Part shown: in pieces, positions 10,066 through 23,400 of the stretch
Layout: every line of letters starts with the position of its first letter
How positions within the stretch are numbered: the stretch's first letter is position 1
Assembly: GCA_036172245.1 (NCBI GenBank)
Contig: JAYWIR010000001.1
Location: forward strand, 12,090,001 to 12,154,000
DNA length: 64,000 nucleotides
Source of the DNA: Raillietiella orientalis
Lineage: Eukaryota
Direction of reading: 5' to 3'
Notes under the pieces: model-generated
What the model saw: the letters and a program-made list of their open reading frames with translations, nothing else
The model's database searches: none
What the model was told of the DNA's origin: nothing
Translations under genes and position numbers: made by a program

Positions 10066-13000
10066 ATCACCCGATGGCGCCGGAGTACCTGTTGTAAAAA
10101 ACGACGAACATGCAAGGTGAAGGGCTGTCGGCTCTTTATCGTTCGAAAGAGTTAGGAACCTGACGAGTAGCCAGCACGCAGGCCGGCGAGGTTCCCATAG
10201 GAGACGGAGGGGGAAGAGGCAGACAAAAATAAAACTACAACAGCAGAAAAAAAAAAACTGAGAGGGGATGGGGAGGGAGCGTCTGAAAGGTATCACTGTA
10301 TGCTGAAGGTGTCCTCTGCCTCCTTGTAAGAATGCCGGCAAGTTCCTCTTTCGAGGCTCCCGGATGGGCCATCTTGACTCTATGTTCATAAAAAGGACAG
10401 CACAATAGATGACGTCCCTGTTGTTCTGTCCTCCGATATGGCTCCAGGTCGCCCAATCCCGCGCAGGTAGCAACGAGCTGCTAGGGATGCGGCAGGCGAA
10501 AGAGGATCGCGCATGAAGAGGCACTTCGTCACCTCGCTGGGATTGTCCGTCGGTGTCCCAAGGGCGGTTGCGAAGCGCAACCACAGGAGCCTGAGGGCAA
10601 CAGTCTACGAGCAGGCATGAGAACTGCGATTTCCGCACCCGCAGTAGTTTGTTTCCGCAGCCCTCTGGATCCAGAGAGACCGGGGGACGTTACACGGGAA
10701 ACCTCATTGCAACAGCAGGAGTGCGGCCGTTAAATGTGCGGCCGGACTAAGGCCGTTTGAGGAGGAGGAACCAGTTGTTCTTGAGCGCTGTGGTTCCCTC
10801 GAGGACTTCCCGTGGAATACCCGGTAGCTGACCCCAGAGCAATAGTCCTTTCAGTGGGGCACTTGGAGTAGCAGCGTCCGTGAGCTGACCCGTAACTTGG
10901 CCACCTAATATCTTCTTTCTTCCAGCGATCCACAATAGACCGCCCATTTGACCGGCTGGTTACTGCCCGGGTGCTCTTTGAAGGAGGGCACTGTCGTGAC
11001 TATGGAGGTTCTTTCTTGACGATGACGCCCTGCAGCGAGCGGCTGTTGTGAAAAGAGTGCAGCAGTCGCTGCCACATCTCCGGGCTCGCCTCCTTGTTCT
11101 TGACCCACGTGGTAATGGTTTCCTGCAGCCAGGCGCTACCGCTCGCCAAGTTCCGGGTGTTAGTCCTGATCAGATTGGCCACTTGCCAGAGCTCCAGTCC
11201 TCAGGGGGATACGTTGCGTCAGCGCCGCCGCGACAGGAACGAAGATGGTCCCGTGTGGCCATTGGCTCGCTTGGCCAGGTATCGTGCGGTCTCGCACAGG
11301 TGATGCTTCACGAATTCGTTACGAGGGCAAGCGTCGTGAACTGGAGCAGAAGCTCCATTCTGTACAGTGTCGGGAGGCCGACAACGCTGTCCCGAGGCGG
11401 CGCACACAACTTTTTTATTCGGACTCGGGATCTCCAGGTGTCCCAAACGGCGATTTTCAAGAGGTCCTTCGTCCGCTTTCCCGATGCTCTCTCAAGGGGT
11501 AGAAACATGAAGCAGGGGATGAAGGAGGGGAGACACCAAAGTGTTCCTCACTGAGGTCCGTTCTGGCTGGTGGAACCTGCCTCCTTGGAGCGGGCCGAGC
11601 GCCTGCTCTTCCTTCTGGAGATGGCCGGACGACGCTTCTGCGACGCGGAAGTCCCCCGGCGGAACGCGCAGGTACTTCCAGCACCCTCCCGTGATGATGC
11701 GCAAGCGGATCCAGTCCGGCCGTCCAGTCTACAGCGCACCGTTTGGTACCACGGACGACTTCGCCCTGTTCACCCGCAGGCCCGTCCCGCAGCTGAGCAA
11801 CGCGAAGAAGCCTGGTGTGAGTGAGCACGGGGCAGGAGAACATCGTGCGGGTCGTCTTCTACGGCAGGCGTTCCGGAGGGTTGGCGTGACAAGCCATCCA
11901 GAGTGTCCCTGCAGACTCGCGGCACCAATTCGAAATCGATGCTGAAGAGCAGCGAGCTCTGGCTGGTGGTGCCCTGGCGTATGCCTCGTCCCACCCGTAC
12001 GCCGCGCACGGTTTGCCCGCTGAGATGGACATAGTTGAGTGCGGAGCGCTCAACTACAGATGGCGCTAGAGTTCCAGAGGAAGATCCTGGTCGGATGCCT
12101 CGTGAAAGTCGACTGCGAGTGCTAGGGGTCCCATTCCCAACCGACCATCCCGTCGCTAGCCGACGGGCTCCACGGAATTCTGACCGCTCACCTTGCTCTT
12201 TTCCTGTAAGAAAGAGAACCGGGTGCTCGCGTAGAACAGGTAGGCATCCATATTTCCCCGAAAAAAGGGCAACTCTGCTCCGGGCTAATGAGGGAGTCTG
12301 CCAATTGTCCCGGTCCCTCGGCCCACAGTTTCGACAGCAACTTGGCGTCTACGTTGAGCACGGTCAGGGGACCCAAGCTGTCGATGCACCGTAAGTCTGC
12401 TCCTTTGTGGTGCAGGCTTCCCATTACCGAGCGAAACAAAGCGGGAAAGCCGCCTGCTCCGTGGGTCTGCAAGGTGGATTGACTCACTGAGATGCGTTGG
12501 AAAATCTTCCCAGGCAGGCTGTCCTACCCTGGCACCTTACACCTCTCGAGGTTTTCCATCTCAGCGACCATCTTGCCAATCGGGAAGGGGATTGGGCTCC
12601 AGGCGAGCACCGTTGCGGGCGAAAGGTAGCAGACTTGTGCACAACACTGCGGGTCGTTCCCGCAAGCGGTGTTCAAGGCCCCCTTTGTCTATCGGGCAAT
12701 CCCATTGACTCAGTGTGCGGGGAAGCGGCGCTAAAGGCATTCCGGAAAGGTGGAGGCGAGACCGGAAGACACGCAGCTGAGAAGCAGTCGACTCCCTCGC
12801 ATGAGAGCAAAGTGGTCCGCTTTGCCCGCCGGAGGAGTGTTCGTTGATTCCCGACGACCGCGCTTACCGCAAGACGCGCGACCTCGGGATGCCTGGCATC
12901 GGTCGACCGACGTCTCGCGCCCATGCTGGAGCAGCATCTCAGCGATCGGGAACCCAGTCGCGCCTGTCATCGGTCCCCTTGCGCACTTTCTCAACCGCGA

Positions 13001-14600
13001 CGACCTGTCCGCATCGCTTCGGACCTGCGTAAGCGCGCCCGGCGCGCTTTCCTCCGGCATCGGTTCGGCCTACCACCCTCATCCCAAGGCACCGTTGTGG
13101 GGCTCAACAGAATGCGGTCGGTGCGTGGACGCGGATGGCCGTCTGCAAGAGGTCGGAGGCACTCCTCGTCGGAGGTCAGGAGGCGTCTTGGCGCACCGCG
13201 CGGGACCCAATCATCGGGTTCAGCCGACCGGACGGACGTCCGGTAGGCTGAACCTTCGGAGGGAGAAAGGCGGATTCTTTAGCTCCATCGGCGGGATTGC
13301 CTGGACGCGGTAGCAGTGACTCGAGCCGGGGCTGTTCGCCGGTATCCGGAAGGAGGGCGTGTATGGTGCGTGGCTACCGCGCGCAAGAGTGTCGGTTGAC
13401 GGATCGCTGCGATATGTTGCACGGTCTCCTGGATGCGCTCTGGAGCAAGGCAATCGGACAGTCGGACAGTAGCCAAATTGCGGTGCGGGAGGTGCTGGCC
13501 ACCGGGGAGGAGGCAGGAGGTGCTCGAGTGGGGGAGAATGGCACGGGCGCGAGTCGAAAGCAGAGCCGGTCTCCGAGCACTGCGGGCCATTCGATTCGTT
13601 AGGACGTGGTTCCCGCTAACGAGCTGGTAGCCAGGGAGATGGCAGCATGGCGGCGAGGCTTGGCGGCCGCACTCGGACGCCGAGTGAACGAAAACCGTTT
13701 GCCCGCCGCCGCGTGCTCTAGGACACGCCTTCATGGGAGTCTTGGAAGGTGCCTACTTGTTCCCCCTCACGAGATGTCATGAGCATGAGCCGGGCTGCTG
13801 CCGGCAGTCCTCCGGACTGCATCAAAGATGAGATGGGCATGCGTGGCGCCCACATGGAGTCACGGACTGAGGAGAGACGCAGTGGGATCCTCGCGGCGTC
13901 CGAGCAGCGAATGGGGAGGGAAGTTGCGAGGTGGTGTCCGTCCTTCGGTGGGACAAGGGCTCACCCTTGCGACCTCCCCGGCAGTCGCTTCCGTATCCGA
14001 GGATAATTATCCCACACGGGAACGGGCAGCCCTGAGACGTGGACGCTCAGCCTTTCCCCTGGGACGAATTGAATGCTCTAAGGGGGAAGAACGGGGAGGA
14101 TGGAAGCGGCGTATGCGCCGGCGTCCCGGTACAGAGAGAGGAGGGCTCACTGCGGTACCCCCGCTTCGAATGGGGCGAACTCCCGGTACACGGCTTCCCG
14201 TTAAAGCCTGCTGCAGAGTAACCGGTGTGTTTCTTCGGTGGAGTTGGAGTGACTACTCCATGCGCGCCACATGAACGGTGGGTGGCACGGCAGCGCTTCG
14301 TCCACGGTCGTGCGCGACCGCTGCGGAAGCGCGCGTCTCGAAGATGCGCGATCCAGGAGCCACACCTGCGCTCTCCTCCGCGAGTGATGTCCTTGGCATG
14401 AGCATTTCGGTGAAGTGCAGGTCGCCACTACCACGACCTGTGGGCCCATAGGTGCCCGGGAGCGAAAGCGTGGGCGTGAACGGGGATGGGGCGTTTCGCT
14501 TGGCGATGCCTCTTCTTCCCTCATCGGAAGGAGAGGATAACCGGGATGCTGAGGCGGACACCCGTGCTGAGAACGCCGTCATGTCGCTCCGTTCAAGCCG
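10066..14600 (-). mobile_element. L1/Tx1-like element, long decayed copy (ORF1 trace, EN trace, RT, C-terminus, 3'UTR)
   Basis: KGADLR..PLTVLNVDAKLLSKLW...LISPEQ (12188-12487), GRGIRQG...LLFSIDFELV (11770-12009), KRTKDLLKIAVW...VGLP (11308-11508), collinear with the copy at 42670-45120. 5' limit uncertain. Confidence 0.8.
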
Positions 14601-16099
14601 GCACGCTGGGTTTGCGCATGGAGAGGCTGACAAACACGGCGGCTGATGCGGTTCAAGGGGAGTGATCTTAAGCCGGGGCCGCTTCGCGCTTAGTTTTGAA
14701 GATTGTCGCCTCGCTGTTCCTCTCGGTTGTCCTGAAGGGACGACCGATCATCCTCCGTTTCGAGCTCTTCGCAGTGGACGCGTCCCGACTGCGGCAGCGC
14801 CAGTTGTTGGGCCGAAACTTTGACGTCGTCGTCTGGACGTCAGTCGCACCCTTCAGCCCCTTTTCGCTCGGAGGGGTTGGGTGGGAGAGACGGTCACGGT
14901 CGACCGGGACGAATGACGTCTCCCCTGGTCGCCTGCCTTTGAGATCGCCGTTCTGCTTGCGCTTGCCGAAACCGGGAGTTGCGGGCCAGCACCCGCTTGC
15001 CTGCCTCGAGCGCGCCGACTGGACGCGTCCGTTAGGGACGTCCGGGAAGCGGTTAGCCGCGTGCCTTGCGAGCAGCAAGGTACGCTCCCCGCTCCGTCCA
15101 ATTCCCGTGGGCGGGTCGCGTGGTGCGTTCGCTCCCTTCGCAAGGATGCCCGTTGCGTGCACTGCGTGCTTGTCGGGGCTGCAGTCCAGAAGTCTACCCG
15201 CTTTGCCCGCTTCCGCGGCGCCAGCCGTGTGCAATGCAGGGTTGGACTCAATGCTGCGGAAGAGAAGCAACTGATCTCTATCCGCGGGGCAGGTGAACCA
15301 GCAAAGCCACCTATGTCGCTTGCGTGCCGCAGAGGTGGGTTCCTTTCTGGCTGCAGGAGCCCTGTGGGAGCCTTGTGGGAAGGGCGGGAGGCGAATGCTC
15401 CTCGCGCGATGCCACCCGCCCCTTCGACTGTCCGTGGCTGCGGACTTGACCTGGGGCCGTCCTGCTGGGCGCCGCCCGTTCCGACGAAAAGTCTGATGTT
15501 CCGTCGCTTCCCAAAGATCTCCGCTGGGACCCCTTCCAGCTTTCGCGCGGTCGTACCACCCCTCCTGCGGTGGGCAAAGCTGCCCCATGGAAACTCGCGG
15601 TGGCTGAGAAAGAGGCTTTCCGGCGACGGGGAAGGATGGGCTCAGCGGGATGTCGGCGGCGAACGAAGTGTTTCTTCCTTCTGCGCTCCGCAAAAGCGCG
15701 CCATCTTGAGAGAGGGTTCCCGTCTTCCGGCTAGGGCGCGCCACAGCTTCCGCGGAGTCGCTGGTTCCCCCTTCCTGCATGGAACACGGGAAGGAAGTAA
15801 CACCGAGTTGGGCGGCGGACAGGCGGGTGCGTGGACAGTTGCCCCTGCAGGTCCTGCGTGCACGCATGCTCTAAACGGGCGCGCGAGAACCTCTCGGCTC
15901 TGAGGCGTTCCCGCTACCGCCCCTGTCGGACGTCCGCGGCGACATGCGCGGATGCCGACGCCCCTCAACGCGTGCCGACGTCGACTAGTCGTGAGTTACC
16001 AAACGTCCGGCGCAGCATTCAAAGCAGGTGAAAGTGGCGGCAGGTCGCTGTTTCTTGGGAGTTTTCGTCCTTCGGAGTCAGGAGGAGCGCGCGGAAGGA

Positions 16100-17300
16100 T
16101 TTCAGGCGACGCTTGCATGAGGAAGGGACTGTTCCCGCGCTGGGCCTCCTCTTTTTGAGCACTGTATCTCTGGAGACGCTCTGTGCGGTGGCCATAGTAT
16201 CGGGCGGTCCTCAGCGTCAATGGTGAGGAAGGTGTCCTTGACGACTGGTAGCCGATAAGACGAAGTCGGTCTTGCGTAGGAGTAACAAAAAAAAGGGGAG
16301 GGCAAGTCTTTTCCCCGAGGGAAAGCCGCTGCGGGGTCTGCAAAACCGACGGTTCCACGCAGTCCGTGTCTGCGGAAGGTCACCAGACTGTTCGCTGGAG
16401 ACGGGTGCCTGAGAAGGCAGCGGTCCTCTGCTACCCCGATCCATCTCTCAGAAATGCGGACGTCGACGTCGACGACGTCGATGATGCAGCTGCATCGGAC
16501 AAGTGCGGCTTGCGACTGCCCGGAAGTTTTCCTCCCACGCACCGCTCCCACGTTCAGCATCAATAAATCACTTTCTGTACTCAAGAAGAGGATGAATCTT
16601 TTTTTGCCGTGAGGCCACGTGTTCTCTCGCGGCTGAGCTCGGAGCACCGTGAGGCAGCCGAGCCTGGAAGCTGGGCCGGTCCGAACTGCGGGCGTCGCTT
16701 TCGGCAGCGATTGGATCTGCCTCTTTGAAAAGGTTTTACAGAGTTTCCCACCCTCGTGCTTTTGCTGCTTTGGGAAAGGGTGCCCTTCCTCTTCAATCGC
16801 CGGCCCCACGGAGGCGACACTGAGGTCACCGGGTGCTGCCGTCTCCAGAGCTTCCAGAAGACGATGGGATGCTTCTTTGCACGGAGTGTCCAGGCGAGCG
16901 GGTGGCAAATCCGGGAGTTCCGTCCCCTGCGTCTCTGGCGGCCTCCAGCGGCGCTGGAAGTCTTCGTCCGTTCGCCGACCGCTTGGATTCGCAAACTTGC
17001 AGGGCAGCAGACGTTGAGGACACGAAGGAGTCCATCCTTGAGGGTGGACACCTTCGAAAAAGAGAGGGAAGAGCGAGCTGGCCGGCGGTCCTTCCGGTGC
17101 GAAAGTCTCTTGTTGGCTGCTTCTCCGTGCCAGCGACTGAGGGTGGCGTTGCACACTGCCGATCCCGTTCGCATCGCCGTGCGCCGTTCTTCCCGGCATC
17201 GAATCTTGACCTTTCGCACGAACGTGTCTGCCTGGGGTGTAGCATTTCTTGAGGAGGCGGAAAGCGATGGCGCTTTCGGGCGTGCATGCAGGAAGCGCCG
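16100..17300 (-). mobile_element. Highly decayed non-LTR RT remnant, probably RTE-like
   Basis: Echoes in order: QDSMPGR, DVDVRISER, ARYYGHR (cf. RTE C-terminal RLxxxGHxxR). Confidence 0.4.
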
Positions 17301-17649
17301 CCGGCGAGGAGGGCTGCATTGCGTCTGCTGCATCTTTCGCACACAGTTTAACTGCGGCGCCTGCTCGCAGTGCGTGCAGGCGCGAATCTCGCGCGCACGT
17401 GAAACGGAGTTCACTCCTGCAGCTCGGCGTGGGGGAGCATTCGCACGTGGCTCAGACGCACGCCCCTAACGCAAGCCGCCGCCGTCCATACGCGCGGGCA
17501 CATGCTTCTCCGTCCCGCTCGCTGCGTTCGGTGCTGACGCATCCTCCTACACGAAAGGCGAAGATCCGCACTGAAGACGCCGGTGGTCGCATGGCCGTGA
17601 AGGATCTGCCACGCCGCGTCTCGCTGAGCGAGTGCGCGCCAAAGTCGCG

Positions 17650-20465
17650 CCTGTGCGTGTGCAGGTGCGCCGGCGTGGAGATCCGTGGTGAGCGGCGGAA
17701 TCCCTAGTCTGAGCGAGGAGGCGTGCTATGGGCCTCCCGTCGCCTGGCTGCCCATTTTTGTGCTTCTCCTGCAGGACATTTGGCGAAACCAGCGCGTCGG
17801 GGCGGACGCTCCCGGGAAGGCGCATGGTTCGGCGTCGACGTCTACGGCTGCTGCACCGGGGCTGTGGCCGAGTCTGCTCCCTGTTACAGAGCGACTGCTG
17901 TGCCGACTGGGAAAGCCGGACGAGGCGGGCGCGCGCTGCCCACGCATCCGGCAGGACGCGAGTGATCAGACGCGTGTGCGGGCTCGGGGAGCTTGCGGGA
18001 GCCGATCATAGGCGGTCGGCACGCATCTGTTAGCTCACGCGCCCAGTGGTGAAAGAAGCCGAGGAGGGCAGCAGCTGCGCCTCGCACCGGCCAGGTTCTC
18101 GAAGACCTCATAGCAGGGAAACGGAAGAGTTGGCGGCTTCCGGTCCGTGGTCAGCCACCGCCTCGCGGGTTCACGGTCATCTTGCGCGTTTCACGCGTTG
18201 ACGGCCGATCTCTCACAGCGGGATGAAGGGTGCTGCGGCTCGCTTTCTCCTGCTCAGCGGGGTGGAGAAGAATTTCGCTTTTCTCCCTCCCTAGGGGGTC
18301 GATCTTAGTTTTATTCGAGCACGTGGCTAGCGCGCGAGAGCGAAGGTGTTTCCGTGGGATCGTCGGAGCGGAGGAAGAGTTTCTGCGGCCTCCGTCTCTT
18401 TCCGGCGCCGGTGCGTTCCCCGGGGGCGGAGGAGGAGCCGCGCTCCCGAACTGCAAGCAGCTGCGGGCTGAGGAACCCTTGCAAACGGCGGGTAGCCACG
18501 AATCCCCCTGTGACTTTTAGAAGGCGGAAGCTCCTCTGCGAAATCTCTCGGTTTCGGGGAGCCGTGCGACCGCGGCTTCCGCTTCCCCTTCCCGAGCAGC
18601 CAGTTGGAGCTCTCTGGTGTCCGCAAGCGTGGGCCGGAGTGCAGTCGGCGCAGTGGCAGCGGCGGCTCGCGGACGCGTTGCTTGTGGATTGCTGTCCTCC
18701 TCGGTACACGTGAGCTACCACGAAAAGAAGGACGCTCGTCCGCTTCCAGTCCTCTTCCAGGGACTCCTTGGCTTCGTACCGTCGTCTCCCTCAGTGGTCT
18801 CCACGCTCCCAGGAAGTCACTCTCAATGCGGGCCGGGCAGGCAGGTGGACGTCTATCAAGGCCACCGGCAGATTTATTGCTACGGCCGATGAGAGATGGC
18901 GGCGGCTGCCCGCTTGCAGGGACTTGGGGCGCTTGTCCGGTGGGAACGACACGAATCGACTGGCGTCCTCGGTCAGACGATGCCGGGAGGCGCGCTGCCG
19001 CTACCGATCGTCTCTACGAGAAAGGAAGCCACGGAAGGCGGGACATCGGGAACGCGGGCTTCCCGCGGAAAGAGTGCGAGGATGCGTTTTCCCTCTTCGC
19101 GCCGGCGGCGTTTGCACCTCGTTCGAAAGGAGGCGCGTCGGTCATGCCGGAGCGTTTGTTCGAAGAAATGGAAAGGCAGCGGTGTGCCCAGCGGGCACAG
19201 TTCGGAAATCTCCGAGCGCAATTCTGCGGATCGGCGGAAAGCTCTGCGGTCCTTCCGTGGAGGGGACGAGAGGTCGCAAGGGTGGGGGGAGACCACCGCA
19301 GAATGAGATGCTCCCGTTGCGCTAGGTGCCCCTCCTCCGTGGGGCATCTCTTCGGATTTCGGGAGCATACCGGAGGCCGCGTGTGGGTGCCCGCCTCGTC
19401 CCGGATGGGGAGTGAGCGAGCGACCGCCCATCGGAGCTACCCGAGAGCCGCCTTGGGTGGGAGTTCCCGTAAGACGCGAGGGGCCGGCGCGGAAGGCGCC
19501 GAGACGAGCCGGGGGATTCATCCTGCACGGTTGCTGCCTTGGTCTGGAGAAAAGACGGTCGAAGAAGCTCAGCATGCACGGCGCAGGCGTGAGGATGTCC
19601 CCTGTCAAGGGTCTCCGGAGGAGGTCGCGCGGGAAGGATGCCAGTGCAAGAAGGGTGCTGCAAGGATAGCTGGAAGATTCACTCACAAGACCCGCGAAGT
19701 GTAGAAAAACCACAACAACTTCGTGTGGTCCAGGGTGACAAAGAGAAACCTATGCTGACTAATACTCGAAGAGGACAAAGACACCAGTGCCCTCCAAGTA
19801 GCCGCCGATCGCCACGGGAGTGCGGGATAAACCTGTTGGCGATCGGAACGACGCTCTGGAAGAGCGAGTTGTCACCGGATACACAGGATAACCTCCTGAT
19901 GTTTTATCATGGAGGAATCCTGTGCGAGACAACCCTGAAGCGATTCACGGGAATAAGAGAAGACGAGGGCTGCAAAGCATGTGGAGACAATGATAAAAGA
20001 CTCCATGTCTTCACCTGTCCCACTATGCAACAAGAGTGGCACACCCTCAAAAGGGTAATCCGGCTGCCCACCACATCGGCCATGGGAATTTTAGCAGGCA
20101 TGTTCCAAGCTAATGGGAACATTCTCTGTTACCATCCCATAACAAAGATGACCATCGCCCTCTCCATCACCGCCATCCATGTGCGGTGGTGGAAGATGAA
20201 GACCACCAGGACCGCCGTATCTCCAATGGAAATCCTGAAAGAGTTTATCCAGAAGGAGATTAGCATAAGAAACTGGAAGGTTAGAGGCCTGAAACTACCG
20301 GCATATCCTGAGAAGGATTAAGGATAACGTCCAGGCATAGACGCCGCTTAGTTCTCCCAGTGTGCTGAATCTCTGTGTTAATCCCACGAAGTAGACTTCC
20401 AGGTGACATAAGTGGAATGATTCGAGAAAATGAATGCATGAATATCTAGTGAAAGAAAATAAATT
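17650..20465 (+). mobile_element. L1/Tx1-like element of a second family, decayed 5' part and well-preserved C-terminus
   Basis: LLQDIW, VDVYG (EN echoes), ATADE, PRRAGG, then open LWKSEL...FYHGGIL...CKACGDNDKRLHVFTC (zf-RVT) to stop at 20321; AATAAA near 20458. Confidence 0.7.
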
Positions 20466-20499
20466 CACCGTCCCCCTTGTAGGACTTGGGGAAAACAGT

Positions 20500-23400
20500 G
20501 CAAGAAGGGTGCTTCCGCACGTGGCCACGAGAGGGAAGCGTGGAAGCGTGCGGGGTTGCTCTGGGTTGTCTGCGCAGCAGTGGTGTTCTCCCGTACGGAC
20601 GGCATGCCTGCTGGCGGTCAAAGGTTCCCGAGTGGGAAGGACGCTCGACCTGGGTATCACCTGGGTTTGACCCGATCCGCAGCGAGAATCCTTACTTTCT
20701 GCGGGCTGATGGCTGGACGGGGGGATCCGGATACGCAGGGGCTCAGCCGCAGGCAGTCGAGGGATGCACCGTGAAGTGCTGCGGTCTCGGGAAGCATGTC
20801 CTAGGGGTTTCTTGGGAAAGCCGCACCGCTGACTCTTCTTCCACTCGAAGCGGTGGCGTAAGGGGAACAACGCAGGGCATGCCTGTAGGTGACCAGCGAA
20901 CTCTTTTGCGCGGGTCTGCGAGTGCTAGGCTCGATGGCCAGCAGGGGTGCCAGATGAGCTTCTCAGCCTTCGTCGGTTGCGAAGCGGGAGCCGACTCTTC
21001 CTGCCGAGATCAAGGGTATGCGAGTGGCCTGCGCGATTTCCAGGACCGGGTGGGAACTGTCGTTCGGAAGAAGAGCCACATGGAGGCGTCCTCTGCGAAT
21101 TCTCCGGCGTCGAAGACAAGAATGGAGGGATGCACACTCCTTGCGGTCCTGAAACTCCAGGGGACTTCCGGTACCATTGATAGCCTGCGGCGACTAGGGA
21201 ATCCCGATCCGCTCACCCAGAAGTGAGCCTGAGGCGTGATTACGTGCCGCGAACGGCGTCGGCAGCGGCGTTCGCTCGGGCGAGAGCTCTCGTGCTCAGG
21301 AAGGTTGAGCCGAATGGTCACCGCCCGTGGACGCCAAAGAAGGAGACAGTGAAATAAGCCGTGCGCAGTATGGCAGAAGGAGGTTCCAGCGGGTGGTCGC
21401 TGCCGGGGACGACTTCCGACGACTTCCTCCTTCCGGAAGAAGCTGAACGTTACGTGACCGCCTCCTAGTAGCCTCGCGTCGGAGGTATTGCCTCGGTTGC
21501 GCGTCTGCGACTCCTGCGCACCGTGATCGTGACCCTTTAGCCCCTTCGCTGCGCCGCAGCTGCAAACTCTGCCCTGGAGGCGTGACCTGAGTCCGTATCG
21601 GCTGCAAGGCGGGCGCGCTAACGGTGGATTGATGCGTTGCAGACAGTGGGGTCCCCAGCGGCAACCGGGGAATCCGGGGTGCTGAAGGCAAGAGCAGCGC
21701 TCGAGGGCTTTTTCGGAGAAACGAACCGACGTGCGGCAGCCTTGTGGCTGTTGGTCTTTGGTGTGGGGTGCGCCGTGAGGTTGCGGCGTGTTCGCGAAAT
21801 CCGGGTGCGCATGGCACGCCGCGAACCTGTGATCATAGTGCAAAGAGTCCTGAGCGGGGCAGGAAACAGGGATGCCCTACGTCCAGGAGACCAAGGTAAA
21901 CCGGACGGGAGAAGCAAGAAAGCTGATCGTTCTTGCAACCAGTGGGCCAGAGCCTCCGATTCCAGCGACCCTCAACTCAGGCCGAGATGCGGTTCCGAAC
22001 TGCGTCCTGTGCAGAAAACGGACGATGCGCAAGAGCGACTTGGCCCGAGGCGAATGCGAGAATTTCCCATTTGCCTGCGAACTCGCCCCGCTGGTCGGGC
22101 TGCTCATAAGTCGACCTCCTCCTTGTTGCGGGAGCTACCTTCGCTGGTAGCACAGCCGGTGCAGGATCCACACGTCCGGCCATTTGCGGTTGGAGGTCCT
22201 TCCTTCGTGCGAGGACGGCGGATGGACTGCAGGCCACTGACGTCCGGGAGCACTTTTTCGGGTCATTGTCAGGTGATGACAAAAGAGGCACTCTTCCTTA
22301 GTCCATGGAATGACGTGGTTAGCGGCCACCAGATAGCTGAATAGCTGAAGAAGGAGCGATGCAGTGGTCTCTGCGAGTCGCGTCCGTCTACTCGTCCCGA
22401 GGGTCAACTCGATTTCGCGATCTACCGCCGACGGTTCGAACGGACGCGCCGTTGCTGAGACGATCTTTGTCGGCGCTCATCGGCGATTTAGACTTCCTGG
22501 GTGCAACCTAGGTGAACGATAGCGGCGGCCAGGTGATCTCCGGCGTTCGGGCTTCCCTGGTACCTTATGGAATGCCTGTGATTCCCGGGATGCGTTGCCA
22601 GGAAAGAGCTGGTGCACACCCAGGATCGCGTACCGGGATGACGCGCGTGCTGCTCCTGGTGTCCACACTCACTCAATCTCGGAAATCACCGGAGTCTGGC
22701 AAGGGCGTGTCGCTCTGGAGAAACCGTCGGAGCGACTTTGTTTGAGGGTTTTTTGTCTGCACATGAGGGAGCGTCCACCGAATGGTTGCCAAGGAGCGTC
22801 GAAAAGGAAGAAGGAACCAAGAGTCGAGAGTTGTCCTTCCATCACCTCCGGAGAGAATGGAATGCGCTTCCGCTGCCTTGTGACCGACTCCGAGTAGAGC
22901 ACCTGCCGATAGGAACGACTGCAAGTGGATGTCTTGCAGACGCGAAAACTCCTTCTCTGCTCCGAAAGCACGGGAATACCGTAGTGGATCCCAGAAGTTC
23001 ACGCAATGCGGAAATGTGGGAGTCGTCGCTCGCTGTGGTCCCGGAAAGCTTCGCGGAAGCCTCAGCCAAAAAGTCCACGTATCGCACCCGGCTTCCCCTC
23101 CTCCGGCAACCTCGACGATGGGAACGCTCTCCGGATACTCCTTGGACGCACAGGGAAGAGGAGTGGTGGAATCTTCCCCCCTGCATGGTGTACCCATGGC
23201 TCTTTCTAGCCGTTCGCGTCCACCTCGCAGGGCTGGACCGAGACCCAAATTCAAGACGTGCCTGCGAACTTCCGTGAGAGTTTCGGGATCCGCGCCAGTC
23301 GTCAGTGGATTGTCTCAAATGCAGGTACGTTGGTCGTCTATGGAAGATTGCAGTTTTCTTTCCTCGTGCCCACTCGATCCCGCCCAGAACAAAACCCCTC

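Noticed and set aside
14668-15903. 399-aa and 280-aa ORFs as host genes
   Set aside because: Low-complexity GC-driven composition, overlapping on both strands, no motifs.
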